DNA of 64,000 bases. Origin: Felis catus. Its lineage: Eukaryota. Below are positions 1-13,473 of the stretch, one piece after another. Under the pieces are notes generated by a model, which did no database searches, was not told the DNA's origin, and saw only the letters and a program-made list of their open reading frames with translations. The stretch's first letter is position 1. Each line of letters begins with the position of its first letter. The translations under genes and the position numbers were made by a program. The DNA lies in assembly GCF_018350175.1 (NCBI RefSeq), contig NC_058368.1, forward strand, positions 96,784,001 through 96,848,000, written 5' to 3'.

Positions 1-39
1 TGTTTGGGCAGCTGCCATCCTTCACAAGTTCATACTCAC

Positions 40-109
40 CTTGTACCCTTCCTGCTCCCATGGGAAGACAAAGCTGAACATGCTTTCAAACAACATTTGC
101 CTTGAACTT
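40..109 (-). other. Candidate 70-nt internal exon of an unidentified minus-strand transcript
   Basis: Minus strand reads ...ctctgac...ttgcatttccacag | exon | AAG/gtgagta: branch-like motif, acceptor and consensus donor. Two frames are open (SSRQMLFESMFSFVFPWEQEGYK; VQGKCCLKACSALSSHGSRKGT). Protein not recognised. Confidence 0.3.
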
Positions 110-1165
110 CTGTGGAAATGCAATGACTGATGTCAGAGGCAATAAAATCCTAGACTGAGAGATCCTGTGGCTGAATGAATCCCAAAGAAAAAAGCCCAAG
201 AATGGATTTTCCTCTCTCCTGATGTGACAAAGGACATTTCACTAGGAACCTAAATGTTGGGTTTTTTTCCCCCTTTCTGAGAAGAAACACATGAATCCCT
301 GACAGGTCTTTAAACAAAGAGCAAAAACTCCCTGCTTGGGTTTCTATCACAAAAGCAAACCCTGGCTCCAGAATGATTTACAGAAACATATCTTCACCAA
401 AGCTTTTGGCTTAGTTGCCCACAAACACCATGTAACTCCTCTGGCGAGTTCCCAACTTCAGACATCCATCTTTGTACCGAACAGCTCCCCTGGGTTGTCT
501 AATAAATGCCACCATCTTAATACGGCAAAGTCCCTGGGTCCTCACCTGCCCCTCCCCATCTCCCCTGTCACTTCCTGCTACACATGACACACCATCCACC
601 CAGTTGGCCGAACCAACACCCCAAGAGTCTGACTGTTTCTCATTTCACTTCACCTCCTACATACCCTCCAGCAATAGCACAAAATATATGCCAAACCCTT
701 TAGTTCAATTCTTCTTTCATTAACAATACTCTAGAAGAGCCTACAGTCATCTCTTGCCTGGATTCTCTAGCTGGTTACCACACAGCCCCTAACTGGTTTT
801 CCATACAACAGCCCCAGTGATCTTTTTTAAATGCAAATCAGATTATGTTATTACTCTGTTCTAATGCCTCCAGTTGTTCCCCACTGTACTGCATCTGCTA
901 GTTGCCTTCGTTCTCTGCTCTATGGTTTTGTCATCCACAAAATGTGACCAGGGAGGACACAACCACCTCATACCACAGCCATGGAGATGAACGGATGCAA
1001 TATAGGTGAAGCTGGTGCCCGGTGTGTGGCACATGGCAAGCATCAGAGCAGAGGACTTGTTGCCCTTTACAACTACGAGGCGATCCCCTCACCAAGTCTG
1101 ACCCTTACTCCTGCACTCCCATCTCACTGCTTAGCCCTGTCCTGTTCCCCACACATCTGGTCTTC

Positions 1166-1384
1166 TTTATTATTTTTTAAGTGTATTTATTTATTTTAAA
1201 GACAGTAAGAGAGAGCATGCACGTGTGAGAGGAAAAGGGGCAGAGAGAGAGAAGAGGACAGAGAATCCAAAGTGGCTCTGTGCGGACAGCAGAGAACCCA
1301 ATGCAGGGCTCAAAGTCAGCAACGCTGAGATCATGTCCTGAGCCCAAGTCAGACACTTAACCTACTGAGCCACCCAGGCACCCC
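1166..1384 (-). mobile_element. Can-SINE (SINEC_Fc-like)
   Basis: Reverse complement of the ggggtgcctgggtggctcag head, (GA)n, T-rich tail; TSD ctggtct(t/c)cttta. Confidence 0.95.
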
Positions 1385-1423
1385 TGGTCTCCTTTAAGTC
1401 AAGCACACTGAACTCATGTCATT

Positions 1424-1475
1424 AAAAAAAACAAAAAACAAAAAAAAACAAAAAAAAAAACAACAAAAAAAAAAA
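1424..1475 (+). repeat. A-rich low-complexity tract (A)nC
   Basis: aaaaaaaacaaaaaacaaaaa... run. Confidence 0.9.
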
Positions 1476-1749
1476 CTTCAACCTTCTGTCTCATCTGTAA
1501 GATTTAGCCAATACCTTCTCTGAGCTGGTTCCTTTTCTTCACCCAAGCCTCAGATTCTGTGCCACTTGTCAACAAGATGTCCTCCCCTGCCAAAGGAAAT
1601 GATCTCTCTGTCCAGTGACTCTGCCCCATCACCTTGTTTTATTCCATCCATGGCACTCTGAACCTCTAAATGTCTTGTTTAGATATTTGGAACTTCTTCA
1701 TCATCTCCATTTCCATGCACTTGTGTGAGGGCAGGGCACAACATTGTCA

Positions 1750-1905
1750 CGTGCTGACTTGAGGCAAACATTTAACTTCTGTGGGTCGCAGTTCCCTTGT
1801 GGAAAAACTAGGTACGTTAATGCCTCCATCTTGGAATTCTGTCATTCAAAGGACTTCATCCCTGTCAGCTACCCAGTAGTGCCTGGCAAGTAAGTGCTCA
1901 TCACT
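1750..1905 (+). mobile_element. MIR fragment
   Basis: gacttgaggcaaacatttaacttctgt...cagttccc...gtgcctggcaagtaagtgctca. Confidence 0.55.
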
Positions 1906-4900
1906 CACAGTCTTTCTTCTCAAGAAGCCTAAATCCAATGCGTTATGTATAAGCAATCTGGACCTGAGGAGATAACTCATTAGAAATGGAGATTGATGGG
2001 GCACTGGCCTCATACTCCACCGAAGATAGTCTTCCGCATGTTGGGGAAAAGACAGTACAGGGGCCAACTGCCAAAAACCTGAGGATTTTTGAGTCAGCTA
2101 TGTGAATTATGATTTTAATCTAGTAAAAGATGTGAAACTTGCTTCTCAGAAAACTGGTAGGACCTCCTTTCTCTTCCTCCTTCTCTAAAGGTTGTCCCAG
2201 CTTGATCAGATGTCTGGAGAAAGGCCATATGGCCTCTGTGACCATACAGTCAGTGATCTTGGTACACAACTCCCAAGGCTAGCTCCCAAGGGCTCCCACT
2301 ACTGTTTTTACAAGCCTGGAGATGTCCCCTGACAGCTCCTGGTACTTGGAAAACAGTGTTTCCTCCATACCCACGTGGACCAGCCTAAACCTATGTAAGT
2401 TGGTACAAAGGTGGGGTTTTCCTCTATTAGAGGGCTCCTTGTAGTACCTCCAACCTGCTGGCAAGGCTCTTGGTTTTCACAACTACCCACACTTGAGGAA
2501 TCTTTTTCTTTTTGCTCATACTCTGCTCCTAAGTCAATAAATCTTATTGAGGCTATAGCAGCATGTACATGGCACAACTCGCATGAGGCCCAAGAAATAC
2601 CCCTTTTCTATACAGGGGTTTTGACATAACCAAGCCACCCATCCATTTATGCCCAAGATATAGCAACCGTGACAGGAAACAAACTGCAATATAGAGGTTG
2701 CTCATTCCAGTAGAAGTCTGGGATTGTTTTTGCAAGGCCTTGTTTTAATTACAGAAGACATAATTAATCAATTTGCATCCCAGTTACCCTACATCTGCCC
2801 ATGGTCTCATTTTACCCTTTGACTTGTGTCTAAATGACAGAGCAACTTTGGTAAGGGAGAGGCTCTGGATTCAGACGTAAACACATTCATCTTCCCATTA
2901 GTTCTGATGAAATCTATCCACAGGCGGGTTATGTGCCAGGACACTGATATATGCCATGAGGATGCACTGCTATGAACTCCCATCTCAGCAAAGTCTTCCA
3001 GATGGAAAATAAATTAGAAAGCTTCCTCCAGAGAAAATAAGCTAACAGGAAAGATTTGAGTCTCTTGGTTTAGGAGCTTCGCCTAGAGTTTGTTTCTCTT
3101 GGGGAAATTCAGTGAATGTGTTCTTAGCAATTCTAGGAAGTCTTGAGTTCTTTCAAGACAAACATTATGGTCTTATGTAAATTCAAGTAAACTTTCTTTG
3201 GGAATATAGCCCAGGGAAGTAAATTTGCAAGTAAGTTTTAAGAGTTCACTGCAACTTGACTCTTAACAAAAAAATAAAATATGCATACTTACTATTGCTT
3301 GAGTTGCTAGATAAAATCTTACTGGGAATAGAAAATGTGTAAAATGAAGTGGAAAAAAAACTGGCAATTATCTTCAACTTTTAGGAATACATAAAATGCA
3401 GCCGCATCATACAGGATTTTCCCAGAAACAGAGAAGCACACTTTAGGATAAGATCTGGACTATTCAAACAGGATCTGGAGACATGGACCAACCCAATAGT
3501 AACCCATGAACAAGGTGCTCACAAGATTGTCATTCTCAATGAGTGATTCCTCAATGTGCCAAAGCTAACCATGGCTAAATTTAGACAATGACAGTCTTTT
3601 CTGAGTCAGCACAAGCATGTCATTGCACCAGGTTTTACATTAGGCTAATAAACACTATTTCTTCAAATATCCTCTCATGTGCTATCTGACTCATACAGCC
3701 TCACATTGGGAGCCCATGAACCATTTATCTGTATTTCCATTTGGCAAGGTAATGAAATGCATTTACTCACAGAAATAACTTACCAATGGCGTCTGCATTA
3801 ATGACATTTTTCATATTGACTGCAGCATAAATTCAGTGCATAATTAACAAGACATAAACAGATTTCCAACGGCAAAACAAGAATAAAAACCTATTAAAGG
3901 GGAAATACGGTACAGACCTGTTTCTCTGTATTTCCATTGCTAAGTGTAACTACAAATTCTGGACATTATGCACAACACAAACATAAGAAGGTTCTGGAAG
4001 CTGGACTGAAGCAGATATACTGCCCAGGGACTGCAGGGCCCAGAAATCAACACAGGAGTGAGTTCTCAGCTTTGTTTTGTTTTGTTCTGGCCTCCTATAT
4101 CCCGGACTTGGAGCTGAAAAAGCCATTAAGCCAGAAATGCCAACAAGCACAGTCAAACAAAAGCCTGCCTTCCCTAACCAGATAAAGAGGCAAAGGATAG
4201 CCTAGCCAGATAGAAAATTGGAGACAATAGCCACTCTACTCCAGTCCGACACTGCCAAAAGACCTGCAGTTCCACCCCTAGGCATGCCACCCAAGGCTGA
4301 GTGAATTGCTGTGCATTCCCACCATGGGCAGTCTGTAATGAAGCATTGGTGGGAGGTAACCAGTCTCTGCCCAACAGTGCTAGTGGTCAGTGGAGACTAT
4401 ATGTGGATCCTGGACTTCTACCCTGTGTACGAGGAGCTTGAAACCCCCAACCTCTGGGGATCAACAGAATAGGGAACCTGGACTTTGATACTCACTTGGA
4501 AGAAATCAGGTGGCACATTTCCATCTCACAGATCTGATGTTGGAAGAAATTAGTTAAAGCAGAACATTCAAATAAGGTCCAGGGACTCAAAGTGTAACAC
4601 TGAACTCTCTGGCTTTTAACCAAAAAATCAGGTCTCATACCAAGATTTAGGAAGATCAAAAACTTCATAAAAAACAATCAACAGATACCAACAAGGGCTT
4701 GAGAAGATGTTGGGACTATGTGACTAAGATTTTAAAGCAGCCATGTTGAGAAAAATTAAAACTGGTGAGCAATTATCAATAAACCTGAAACAAATGAAAA
4801 AATAGAAACTCTCAGCAAAGACATTGACAGAGTCAGTAAAAAAGAATTAAGTGGAGATTTTGGAACTGGAAAAATAAACTAACCGAAATAAAAACCTTAG

Positions 4901-5879
4901 TCCATGGGCTCAATAGCAGAATGGAAAAAATAAAAGAACCAGTGAACTAGAAAACAAAATGAGAGAAACTACTCAACCTAAAACAAACAAACAACGAACA
5001 GACAAAACAAATGGATAATGGGGGGAAAAAAAACAAACGGCACAGAGACTTAGGGACCTGTGGTACCAAAGAAAAGAACTAATATTCATGCCAGAGGAAA
5101 GGAGAAGAGGAAGAAGACGGGGCTAAAGAAGTACCCAAAGAAATAATAGCTAATAATATCTCCAATATGGCAAGAGATATAAACTTACAGATTTGGTAAA
5201 TTGAATGAACATCAACAGGATGAAAGAAAGAAATCTGCACCGTGACACACGATAATTGGTCTTTGGAGAATTAGACCAAGAGACATCTTGAAAACACCAA
5301 GAAAAATATGACACCTCATCTACGGGATAAAAGCTCTTTGGATGAAAATGGATTTTCTTATTAGAAACCATAGAGATCCTAAGGAAGTAGTACCCAATTT
5401 TTAAGGACTCAGAGAGAAAAACTGTCAACCCAAATCTTTACCCGGCAAAAATATCCCCCAGGAATCAAAGGCAAAGCAAGACATTCTCAGATAAAGGACA
5501 ACTAAGAATGTGTAGTCAATATATCCATCCTATAAGAATGGCGAAGGAAAATCTTCTCAACAGAATAGAAATGATGAGAAGGAACCATGACACAATCAAA
5601 GGCCACTGTAAGCAAAAATATTTAGTCAACACCTCAGGCTTTCCTTCTCCTCTTGAGTTGTCTATCTCATGTTTGATTATAGAAGCAAAATCTATAATAC
5701 TGTCTGACGTAGTTCTAAATATAGGTTGATGAAATATTCAAAACAATTTTATTATAAATGGCGGAGGGTAAGGTGACAAAAAAGTAGGTCAAGTTATTCT
5801 AGGTCTCTCCAGATGGTAAAATGACATCAACATTAGGCTTACGATAAATTACGTATCTATGAAGTATGCTACCTTTGTG

Positions 5880-6163
5880 TTTTTTTTTTTATGAAATTTA
5901 TTGTCAAATTGGTTTCCATACAACACCCAGTGCTCATCCCCAAAGGTGCCCTCCTCAATACCCATCACCCACCCTTCCCTCCCTCCCACTCCCCATCAAC
6001 CCTCAGTTTGTTCTCAGTTTTTAAGAGTCTCTTATGCTTTGGCTCTCTCCCTCCCTAACCTCTTTTTTTTTCTTCCCCTCCCCCAAGGACTTCTGTTCAG
6101 TTTCTCAGGATCCACGTAAGAGTGAAAACATATGGTATCTGTCTTTCTCTGTATGACTTATTT
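5880..6163 (-). mobile_element. Young felid/carnivore L1 3' end, 5'-truncated
   Basis: Poly-T then gaaatttattgtcaaattggtttccatacaacacccagtgctcatccc...tatggtatctgtctttctctg; closely resembles 46876-47141 in the opposite orientation. Confidence 0.9.
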
Positions 6164-6206
6164 GTTTCTAGTGAGCAATTACTAAGTCACTTTAAAAAAC
6201 TATACT

Positions 6207-6422
6207 GGGGCACCTGGGTGGCTCAGTTGGTTGAGCATCTGACTTTTGATGCTGGCTCAGATCATAATCCCAGGGTCATGGGATCTGGGTCTTCATGAGG
6301 CTCTGAGCTGACAGCATAGAGCCTGCTTAAGATATTCTCTCTCCCTCTCCCTCTCTCTCTCCCTCCCTGCCCTACCCTGCTTGTATGAACAAATTCTCTC
6401 TCCTAATACTAAAAAGTATTTT
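6207..6422 (+). mobile_element. Can-SINE
   Basis: ggggcacctgggtggctcag head, (CT)n, A tail; aaaactata repeated at both flanks. Confidence 0.92.
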
Positions 6423-8254
6423 AAAACTATATGAAACAAATATTAAGAAAAACTCTACAAAGATACATAAAACATTCTAAATGTTAAGTAACCCACAAAA
6501 AGGTCCAAAGATGAAACAGAAAGAGAACTGGAAAAAGAAAATTAAGTAACAGTAACTACTTTAATTGTATCAATAGATACAATAGGTCCATTAGATATAT
6601 GTATCAGGAATTACATTAAATGCGTCTGGAAAATTGTCTGTGCTCACTAATAGCAGGAGAAGCATTGAGCCACTATGACACATGCTCAGGGAAACATCAG
6701 TCAGTGTGGCAGGGGTGGGGGTGGGGGGGAAGACTCACGCCTTTTGATACCAGGATGGGGTTTAGGAGAGAGCTCTGGAGTGAGATGATTTGTATCTCTA
6801 CTGAACAAACCAAACAGGGCTGTCTGGCCCCCGACCTACCCCTTTGTCCAACTGCCCTCCCTTCAAAGAGAACAGGTTCTCTTCCGAGGGTCACTTTGCT
6901 TTGGGTTCCCAGCAGGCTCTGCTTTCACCCTCAGCATCTGGGTCCCCTAATGTTCCATCCGTTCAATGCCAGGGAAACACAGAAGGTGGTATTACCTGCT
7001 GGAGCAAAGACAGGATCCCCTCCGCAAAAATAAATAAAGAAAGATGACAAATCAGTATGTGATCTTGACAGTATCTACAAGATCCAGAGAAGGAAGGGAT
7101 ATAAAAAGTTCTAACCCTTTTCCACCAACTGCAAGATCATTTCCATTATTTCTCCAGGCTCCCATTCTGAATTCAAAGCAATTTATCTGGAGTTCAGACA
7201 CTGTCACTGTGATTTAGTTTCAGTTTTATGGCAACTGCAGGTCTCTAATAAGTATGCTCCTTTCATTGATTTTTGTTCCCCTTCAGCTGCTGCTGTAAAT
7301 GTAATTGAAACTTTTTGGTTTTTTTTTTCCTCCTGACCTAACTTTTTTTTTAACTGACAAGAGAGCAATCAGTAGTGCAGTGTCTTACGAGTTTCATCTA
7401 CTCCATTAATAAGAAACAGGAAAGTCTATTTCCAGAAGAAACTATCATTTCCCTTTAACAAGTTGTATGTTCAAAAAAAAAAAAAAAGGAAAAAAAAGGC
7501 CAAACGCCTCCAACCCATTACACCTATTTTCAAGTAGCAATTAATTTCAGGAGTTGCAGTGGAACTTTAAATTCAGGGGGTCGTCCCATGAAATCTACGA
7601 GGTAAGAGGACATCCAGGCGTTATTTGCCATCCATGTGAGTCACTCTTCAGTGTTGAGGTTTTTCTCTGTTGATGGACCAATAGATTCAAATGCTTCCTA
7701 ACCAGGAGTTAATTTGGGACCTCAGAAGTGAAAGGAGCCCAGTAAGGCACTCAAACACAAGTACTTCCAAAGGAGAAAAGTCGTTATCTGTGACATTGGG
7801 AGACTGACAGCTTTGTCTGTCATAAGCCAAAAGCCAGATACCTCCTGTCTCTCATGCATAATCCTTAGAAGCACAGACTCAAAGTGACAGACGGAAGGAC
7901 CAGCCATATTTCACTCAATTCCTTCTTTCCCCTTAAACTTTCCACCCCGATTTGAAATGCCACTTTCAATATACATTATATTCTCATCTGGAGTTCATGA
8001 TTTTTTTTTTAGAAGACGCTACTCTTTTTTCACTCTATTTCACTTTAATGCTGCACTTTCAGACTATCATTGAGAATCTAATCAATTCAATCTTTATTTG
8101 TCTTATGAAAAAAAGACTTAGGGTTTGCTGCCACATTAATTCCTCCCAACGAATTTTGTAAAAATCCTCTGTAAAGTGCCATGAAACCTTCCCTTAGGAT
8201 TTTCAAAATGAAAACAGTCAATTCATCTCTTCAAGTATCAATCTCCCATTTATT

Positions 8255-8575
8255 TAAGCTTCTTCCTGGTTACTATTCCCCTTCCAGGGGAAATTCGTAT
8301 GCTGACTCCCAACAGCATCTCCAAGGTTTGACTTGTACACAACAGAAACCATAGAGTAAGTATAGTTACCCAATGTAGACTCTTCAGTGTCTGGATTTGT
8401 TTGCATAACACTCCATCTGTGACATTCTCTTGTTTTCTTGCAGGAAGATAGAGAGCACCATTCTAATCGTGTGACATTCCACTGCATAAACATAATGTAC
8501 TTATTCATTCCACCATTACTAGGCATTTGGGTAATTTCTAGTTTAATGTATGTCATTTTTACAGTAAGCACAAGC
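8255..8575 (-). mobile_element. Old L1 (L1ME-like) 3' fragment
   Basis: attccactgcataaacat...ttattcattc...ggcatttgggtaatttctagttt, typical of an antisense L1 3' region. Confidence 0.6.
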
Positions 8576-9059
8576 TTTCCTTAAAAATGAGGATTCTCGA
8601 AGTAATAACAGAAAAAAAATCACCTCCCAGTGTGTTCAGGCAAAAAGCATTCAAAACCAGTCTAATACAGATTCGTTTCATTCTGAAGTTTTGTCCTCAT
8701 ATACAGCAATGCTGACACTCTTGAAATCCAGTTTTCCAAGATCCAGAGGAGAATACAAGCAAAGGCATGGATTCATCTGGGGTCGAAGCCATGAATCGCA
8801 AGAGGCTTTGGCTCTAAAACATTGCATGGAATCAGAAAGATTTCTCACTTTAGAAGCCAAGTGGTACATGTTTGACTGTTTACTCTTTGCTGAGTTTCTC
8901 CTACTTATTTTTCCCCATCTTCTCCTTTACATTTCCACTAACGCTGTCACCAGGAAGAGTCTTCAAACTCTGTTTAATTCAGCAGTGAAATGTTCCCAAG
9001 ATGTAAAAATCTGTATCTTAAAAAATATGGTTTGACAGATTAAAAATAATAACACATAA

Positions 9060-9259
9060 GGGCGCCTGGGTGGCTCAGTCGGTTAAGTGTCTGACTTCGG
9101 CTTAGGTTATGATCTCACGGTTCATGGGTTGGAGCCCCCCATCAGGCTCTGTGCTGGCAGCTCGGAACCTGGAGCCTCCTTCGGATTTTGTGTCCCTTCT
9201 CTCTCTGCCCCTCCCCCATCCACACTCTGTCTCTCTCTTAAAATAAACTTAAAAAAAAA
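9060..9259 (+). mobile_element. Can-SINE
   Basis: gggcgcctgggtggctcagtcggttaag head, (CT)n, aataaa and A tail. Confidence 0.95.
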
Positions 9260-9629
9260 TCAATGTCCAATTCCATAAAAATAAATAAACCACTTAATAA
9301 ATATGGTCCCAAATGATGAAACTAAAGTGGAAAATCAATGTTAATGCTACCTTACTGAATTCTCCCATTTTTAGAAGATCCTAAGGTCCATGTTAATTTC
9401 TAAAAGGTCAGTTTTCTGATTAAGAACCCACCAGAAGGTTTTTCTAAAAAAGTAAGAAAACGCAAGCGATGGCTTCAAAAGCCATCCTCTGAACGTGTAC
9501 GTGGCCATGTCCTTGGGGGAAGATAAAGGTGGTCCCTGCCTGAACCCCTTTAGCCATAGACGCTCAGGAGTGGAGAGCACGTGGAACTATGGAACCTGCA
9601 GGCGCCAGCACGGACAAGTAAGGTCGCTT

Positions 9630-9745
9630 CCCTAAGTTACCATTTTATCACCCAGGAAATGGAAGTAATGATACTTACTTCGTAGGACTATTGGGCAAGA
9701 GTAAAGAAAATGGTACCTGGAAGACATCTCGAACACTGTACCCAC
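9630..9745 (+). mobile_element. MIR fragment
   Basis: aaatggaagtaatgatacttacttcgtagg core-like sequence. Confidence 0.45.
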
Positions 9746-10885
9746 TGTCCACAGACTTTTCATTTCCTTTAGCTAATGGTAGCTAACCTCTTCCAGCTTT
9801 CATTACACCAGTAGGTTTTAAACACTTTTTCACCTGCCAAACCCTTTTGACCAACAAAATCTGGCATAGAGCTAGCAACAATTCAACTAGTTGAAAGCAG
9901 AGCACACTTGGAAACGTGTATCTAGATAGTTGTACCACAGTTCATAGGGAAGAAATGGCCAAGTCATCTCCACTGGGCAAGAGGCTCTTCATCCACATCA
10001 GAATGTTTCTAAGTCTTCTGTTCAACACCGTTCTTTGAGGGAAGAAATCCCACTGGCTCCTATGTTAGCTGAATTCCAGTACCTGCTAACCATCACCAGC
10101 AAGAACTGCGTGTTACAGTGGCATCCCAATTAGTCTTACTCTTGAAAAGAAGCTCTCTCTTCCTTTAAAGGGAAATAGTTATTCAGGCTTTCATGTTTAT
10201 TACTTATTGGAGGTCTGTTGATCTCTCAATCACCTTTAAACTCTTCTCCTGAGATTCAATACTCAGAATTTCTTTAGACTACCTTTAAGTATCTATTTAT
10301 TCAGCCCATCATTTTCATCACTGTTCTTTGGGACCTCTCAACCCCCGCATCTCACTTCATGTACTTTAATCTTAGAAGAAACACACTCTCCCAAGACAGA
10401 AATTCAGCCCTGGGAATCAAAGTCAGCTGAACAACTGCAATCAAACCTACATTTGAGGGTGGGGGTGGTACCTAATGAGACACAGAGAGCAGATTTAAAA
10501 TCCGTCCCTAGACACCAACACTTCATTTGTTAGCCTTGGCAACCCATTCATACTATGTCACACCAATAAAGTTATAAAAAATTGAAGCTGAAATTCATCT
10601 ATCTCCTCTTAGATTGGAGTCTGTCCCCTCCTGATCTTGTATAAATTGTACCTGGATTCGGAGATCCTGTTACTCACATTGTCGATATCCTAGAAGACAT
10701 ACTACTTGGAACAAATATGTTTCAAAGAGCTTTGCATGATCAGAGTGAGCTAATCACTAAGGGTGAGATTAACTAATGACAGCAGAGGGCATGTATTGAG
10801 TGCTCACGTGTCAGGCTCTAGTTAAGTCTTGTGATCTTCTCTCCCTCTCTCTGTCTCTCCCATGCCCCCAATCTCTCGCTCTCCC

Positions 10886-10889
10886 ATAC

Positions 10890-10930
<41 letters not shown>
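10886..10930. repeat. (TACA)n/(CA)n microsatellite within MIR remnants
   Basis: Direct reading. Confidence 0.95.
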
Positions 10931-10931
<1 letters not shown>

Positions 10932-11034
10932 CCCAAGCACTCAGTGTGGGCCCAAGCCCAGTGTAACTGGGCTCTAGTAATTTTTAAGTGCCATCCCCTA
11001 GGTCACACAGCTATTTAGAATTAGAAGTTTATCT

Positions 11035-11320
11035 AGAGGAAAGGAAGGAAAAGTGAGAAAAAAATAGGGAGGCAAACCATAAGGCACTCTTATACAATGA
11101 ACAAACTGAGGGTTGCTGGAAGGGTGGGTGTTGGGTTATGGATGGGCTAAATGGGTGGGCATTAAGGAGGGCACTTGTTGTGATGAGCTGAGCACTGAGG
11201 ATTGTATATAAGTGATGAATGACTAAATTCTACTCCTGAAATCATTATGAAACTATATGTTAACTAATGGGGATTTAAATAAAATTTAAATTAAAAAATT
11301 TTTTTAAATAAACAAAAAAG
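11035..11320 (+). mobile_element. Carnivore L1 3' end, 5'-truncated
   Basis: ggaggcaaaccataag...aacaaactgagggttgctgga...ctaaattctactcctgaaa...A-rich tail. Confidence 0.88.
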
Positions 11321-11579
11321 CAGAATTAAGACCCTATACTGCAAAATTGGGTCTGGGATTATGATTTTTCCTACAAACTGGTCATTTTAGATACGGTTTC
11401 TGCCCTGATGTTTATGTGGTCTCAACCTCACTTTGACTCACTTTTATAATTGTAATTTACACTCATCTATCTTTACTCCTACTCATAGTCTCCTTTTAAT
11501 CAGCCAATTTATGTCAGACCAGCAACATTCATTTTGAGATAATAAAGCGACCATTTGTTCAGTGCTTTTAAGAAGTTTT

Positions 11580-11797
11580 GGGACACCCGAGTGGCTCAGT
11601 TGGTTAAGTGTCCAACTTCAGCTCAGACCATGATCTTATGGTTTGTGAGTTTGAGGCTCGAGTCTGGCTCTGTGCTGACAGCTGGGAGCCTGGAGCCTGC
11701 TGTGTCTCCCTCTCTCTCTCTCACCCTTCCCCTGCTTGCACTCGGTCTCTCTCTCAAAAAGAAATGTTAAAAATTTTTAAAAATAAATAAATAAAAA
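11580..11797 (+). mobile_element. Can-SINE
   Basis: Head, (CT)n and (AATA)n tail. Confidence 0.93.
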
Positions 11798-13264
11798 GTT
11801 CATCTAGAAAACACATTTCAAGGAAGACTCAGTCTAAATTTCATGACTGGAAGAGAAATGAAAAGAAGGAAATCATCCTTGAGGGTATGTAAAAACAACT
11901 TCCAAATGGTTTTCTTCCCAGGCCTCCCCTAAGACTACCCCAGCTAAAGTCTAGTACACCGACAATGCAATGCTCTATTTGCAGCTGTGTAATAAAATGA
12001 AAACTGTCATTCACACGAGCCTAGGAAACCCCCATCTCTGCCCCTGACAGCCAGTCCTAAAAGCCACAGACAGCATTCCTGTGGCATGGGATGGACAGAA
12101 GGCTCATTTACAGAATGCAAGTCCCTGACAATGGCCATAGCAGGCATGGAAACGCTCCGGACAGCTTCCTGTCCTCATGTCCTAGTAACCACATGCTACC
12201 TGCAGACAGCCCCGGGGGAGTCACTCCACATATGCTGAGAAGACATGAGCCCCATGAACGGTTCTGCTTTATCCTCATGATGAGGGACATGAATACACTC
12301 CAGAGACCTCGTTGGCAGCTTTCATCCACTCACTGTGGCTTCCATTTTGGTTACCTCGTGTAATCAGATCGTACATCTGTATTATTAATAAAATGCCGAG
12401 GATCACCAAGGAGATGAAGTTAAGTAATGTCCTCTTTAATTCAAAAGCCTTGCGACACATCTGTTTTACAATTATGTGTCTAAAACAAATTGACCTGTCA
12501 GTTAATTTCCTATGCTGAAATAGTACATAAATTAAATTAGAATCTCAATCATTAGGGAATAAGGACATCGGAATTATGGATTTAATCACTCTATTGACTC
12601 AAAACAGGTCCTTTCCTTGGGAAATGGCAGTAGATAAAACTATGACTAAGACATAGCTAATAGCTATTAATGCATAAGGTCAGAGACCAAATCACGTTTA
12701 GCCCCATTAGGAGCATTTCCTGGTTGCTAGTTTGATTTTGACCTTGTTAATATAGATGTCAGAGGGCACAAGAGTACACCAAGTCTATTTAAAACATTGC
12801 TTCACGCCCCAATGGACCTTCACCGTGAAATAGAGGAAAACCAATAAATTGTATATTCTGACAACTCCTGCTGGTGCTTTTCACAAGGGAAGCTGATAGT
12901 TTCCCTTTGCATTGGTTTTGTTTCCATCAGAGTTGCTATTGTCTGAATGTTTGTATCCCCACCCCACCCCCAACAAAATCCCTATGTTGAAAACCTCACG
13001 CCAATATGCTAATATTAAGAGGTGAGACCCTTTGCAGTTTCTTAGGTCATGAGGGTAGAGCCCTTATCAATGGGATTTATGCTCTTGTGACAGAGGCCTC
13101 ACAGAGCTTCCTGGCCCCTTCCACCATGGAAGGTTACAGGGAGAGGTCCGCCATCTTGTGGAGGGCCCCATGAGACCATGACCACGCTGGTACCCTGATC
13201 TCAGACTTCCCCACTCCTGAACTGTGAGAAGTAAATTGCTGTTAATAATCAAAATTAACCATGA

Positions 13265-13473
13265 GGCCCCGGGGTGGCTCAGCCGACTAAGCGTCAGACT
13301 TCGGCTCAGGTCATGATCTCACGGTTCGTGGGTTCAAGCCCCATGTTGGGCTCTGTGCTGACAGCTTGGAGCCTGGAGCCTGCTTTGGTTTCTGTGTCTC
13401 AGTCTTTCTCTGCCACTCCCCTGCTCATGCTCTGTCTCCCTCTGTCTCCCCAAAATAAGTAGACATTTAAAAA
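13265..13473 (+). mobile_element. Can-SINE at the LTR/retrocopy junction
   Basis: Head, (CT)n and tail; degenerate TSD starting aataatcaa on both sides. Confidence 0.92.

Larger units (their letters stand above)
740..1745 (+). mobile_element. Degraded L2 LINE fragments interrupted by a SINE and an A-rich tract
   Basis: L2-like motifs catctcttgcctgga, agtgatcttttttaaatgcaaatcagat and tgtgagggcaggg. Confidence 0.5.
3940..6620 (+). mobile_element. Ancient L1 (L1M-type) 5' portion: 5'UTR, decayed ORF1 and inter-ORF region, interrupted by younger inserts
   Basis: A-rich ORF1-type motifs gaaactctcagcaaagac, atgggctcaatagcagaatgga, agggacctgtgg, aagacattctcagataaagg; many stops. Confidence 0.75.

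Noticed and set aside
7551..7601. + strand 51-nt exon-like segment (ELQWNFKFRGSSHEIYE) with GAG/gtaaga donor
   Set aside because: Poor polypyrimidine tract, no partner exons, and opposite to the inferred transcription direction.
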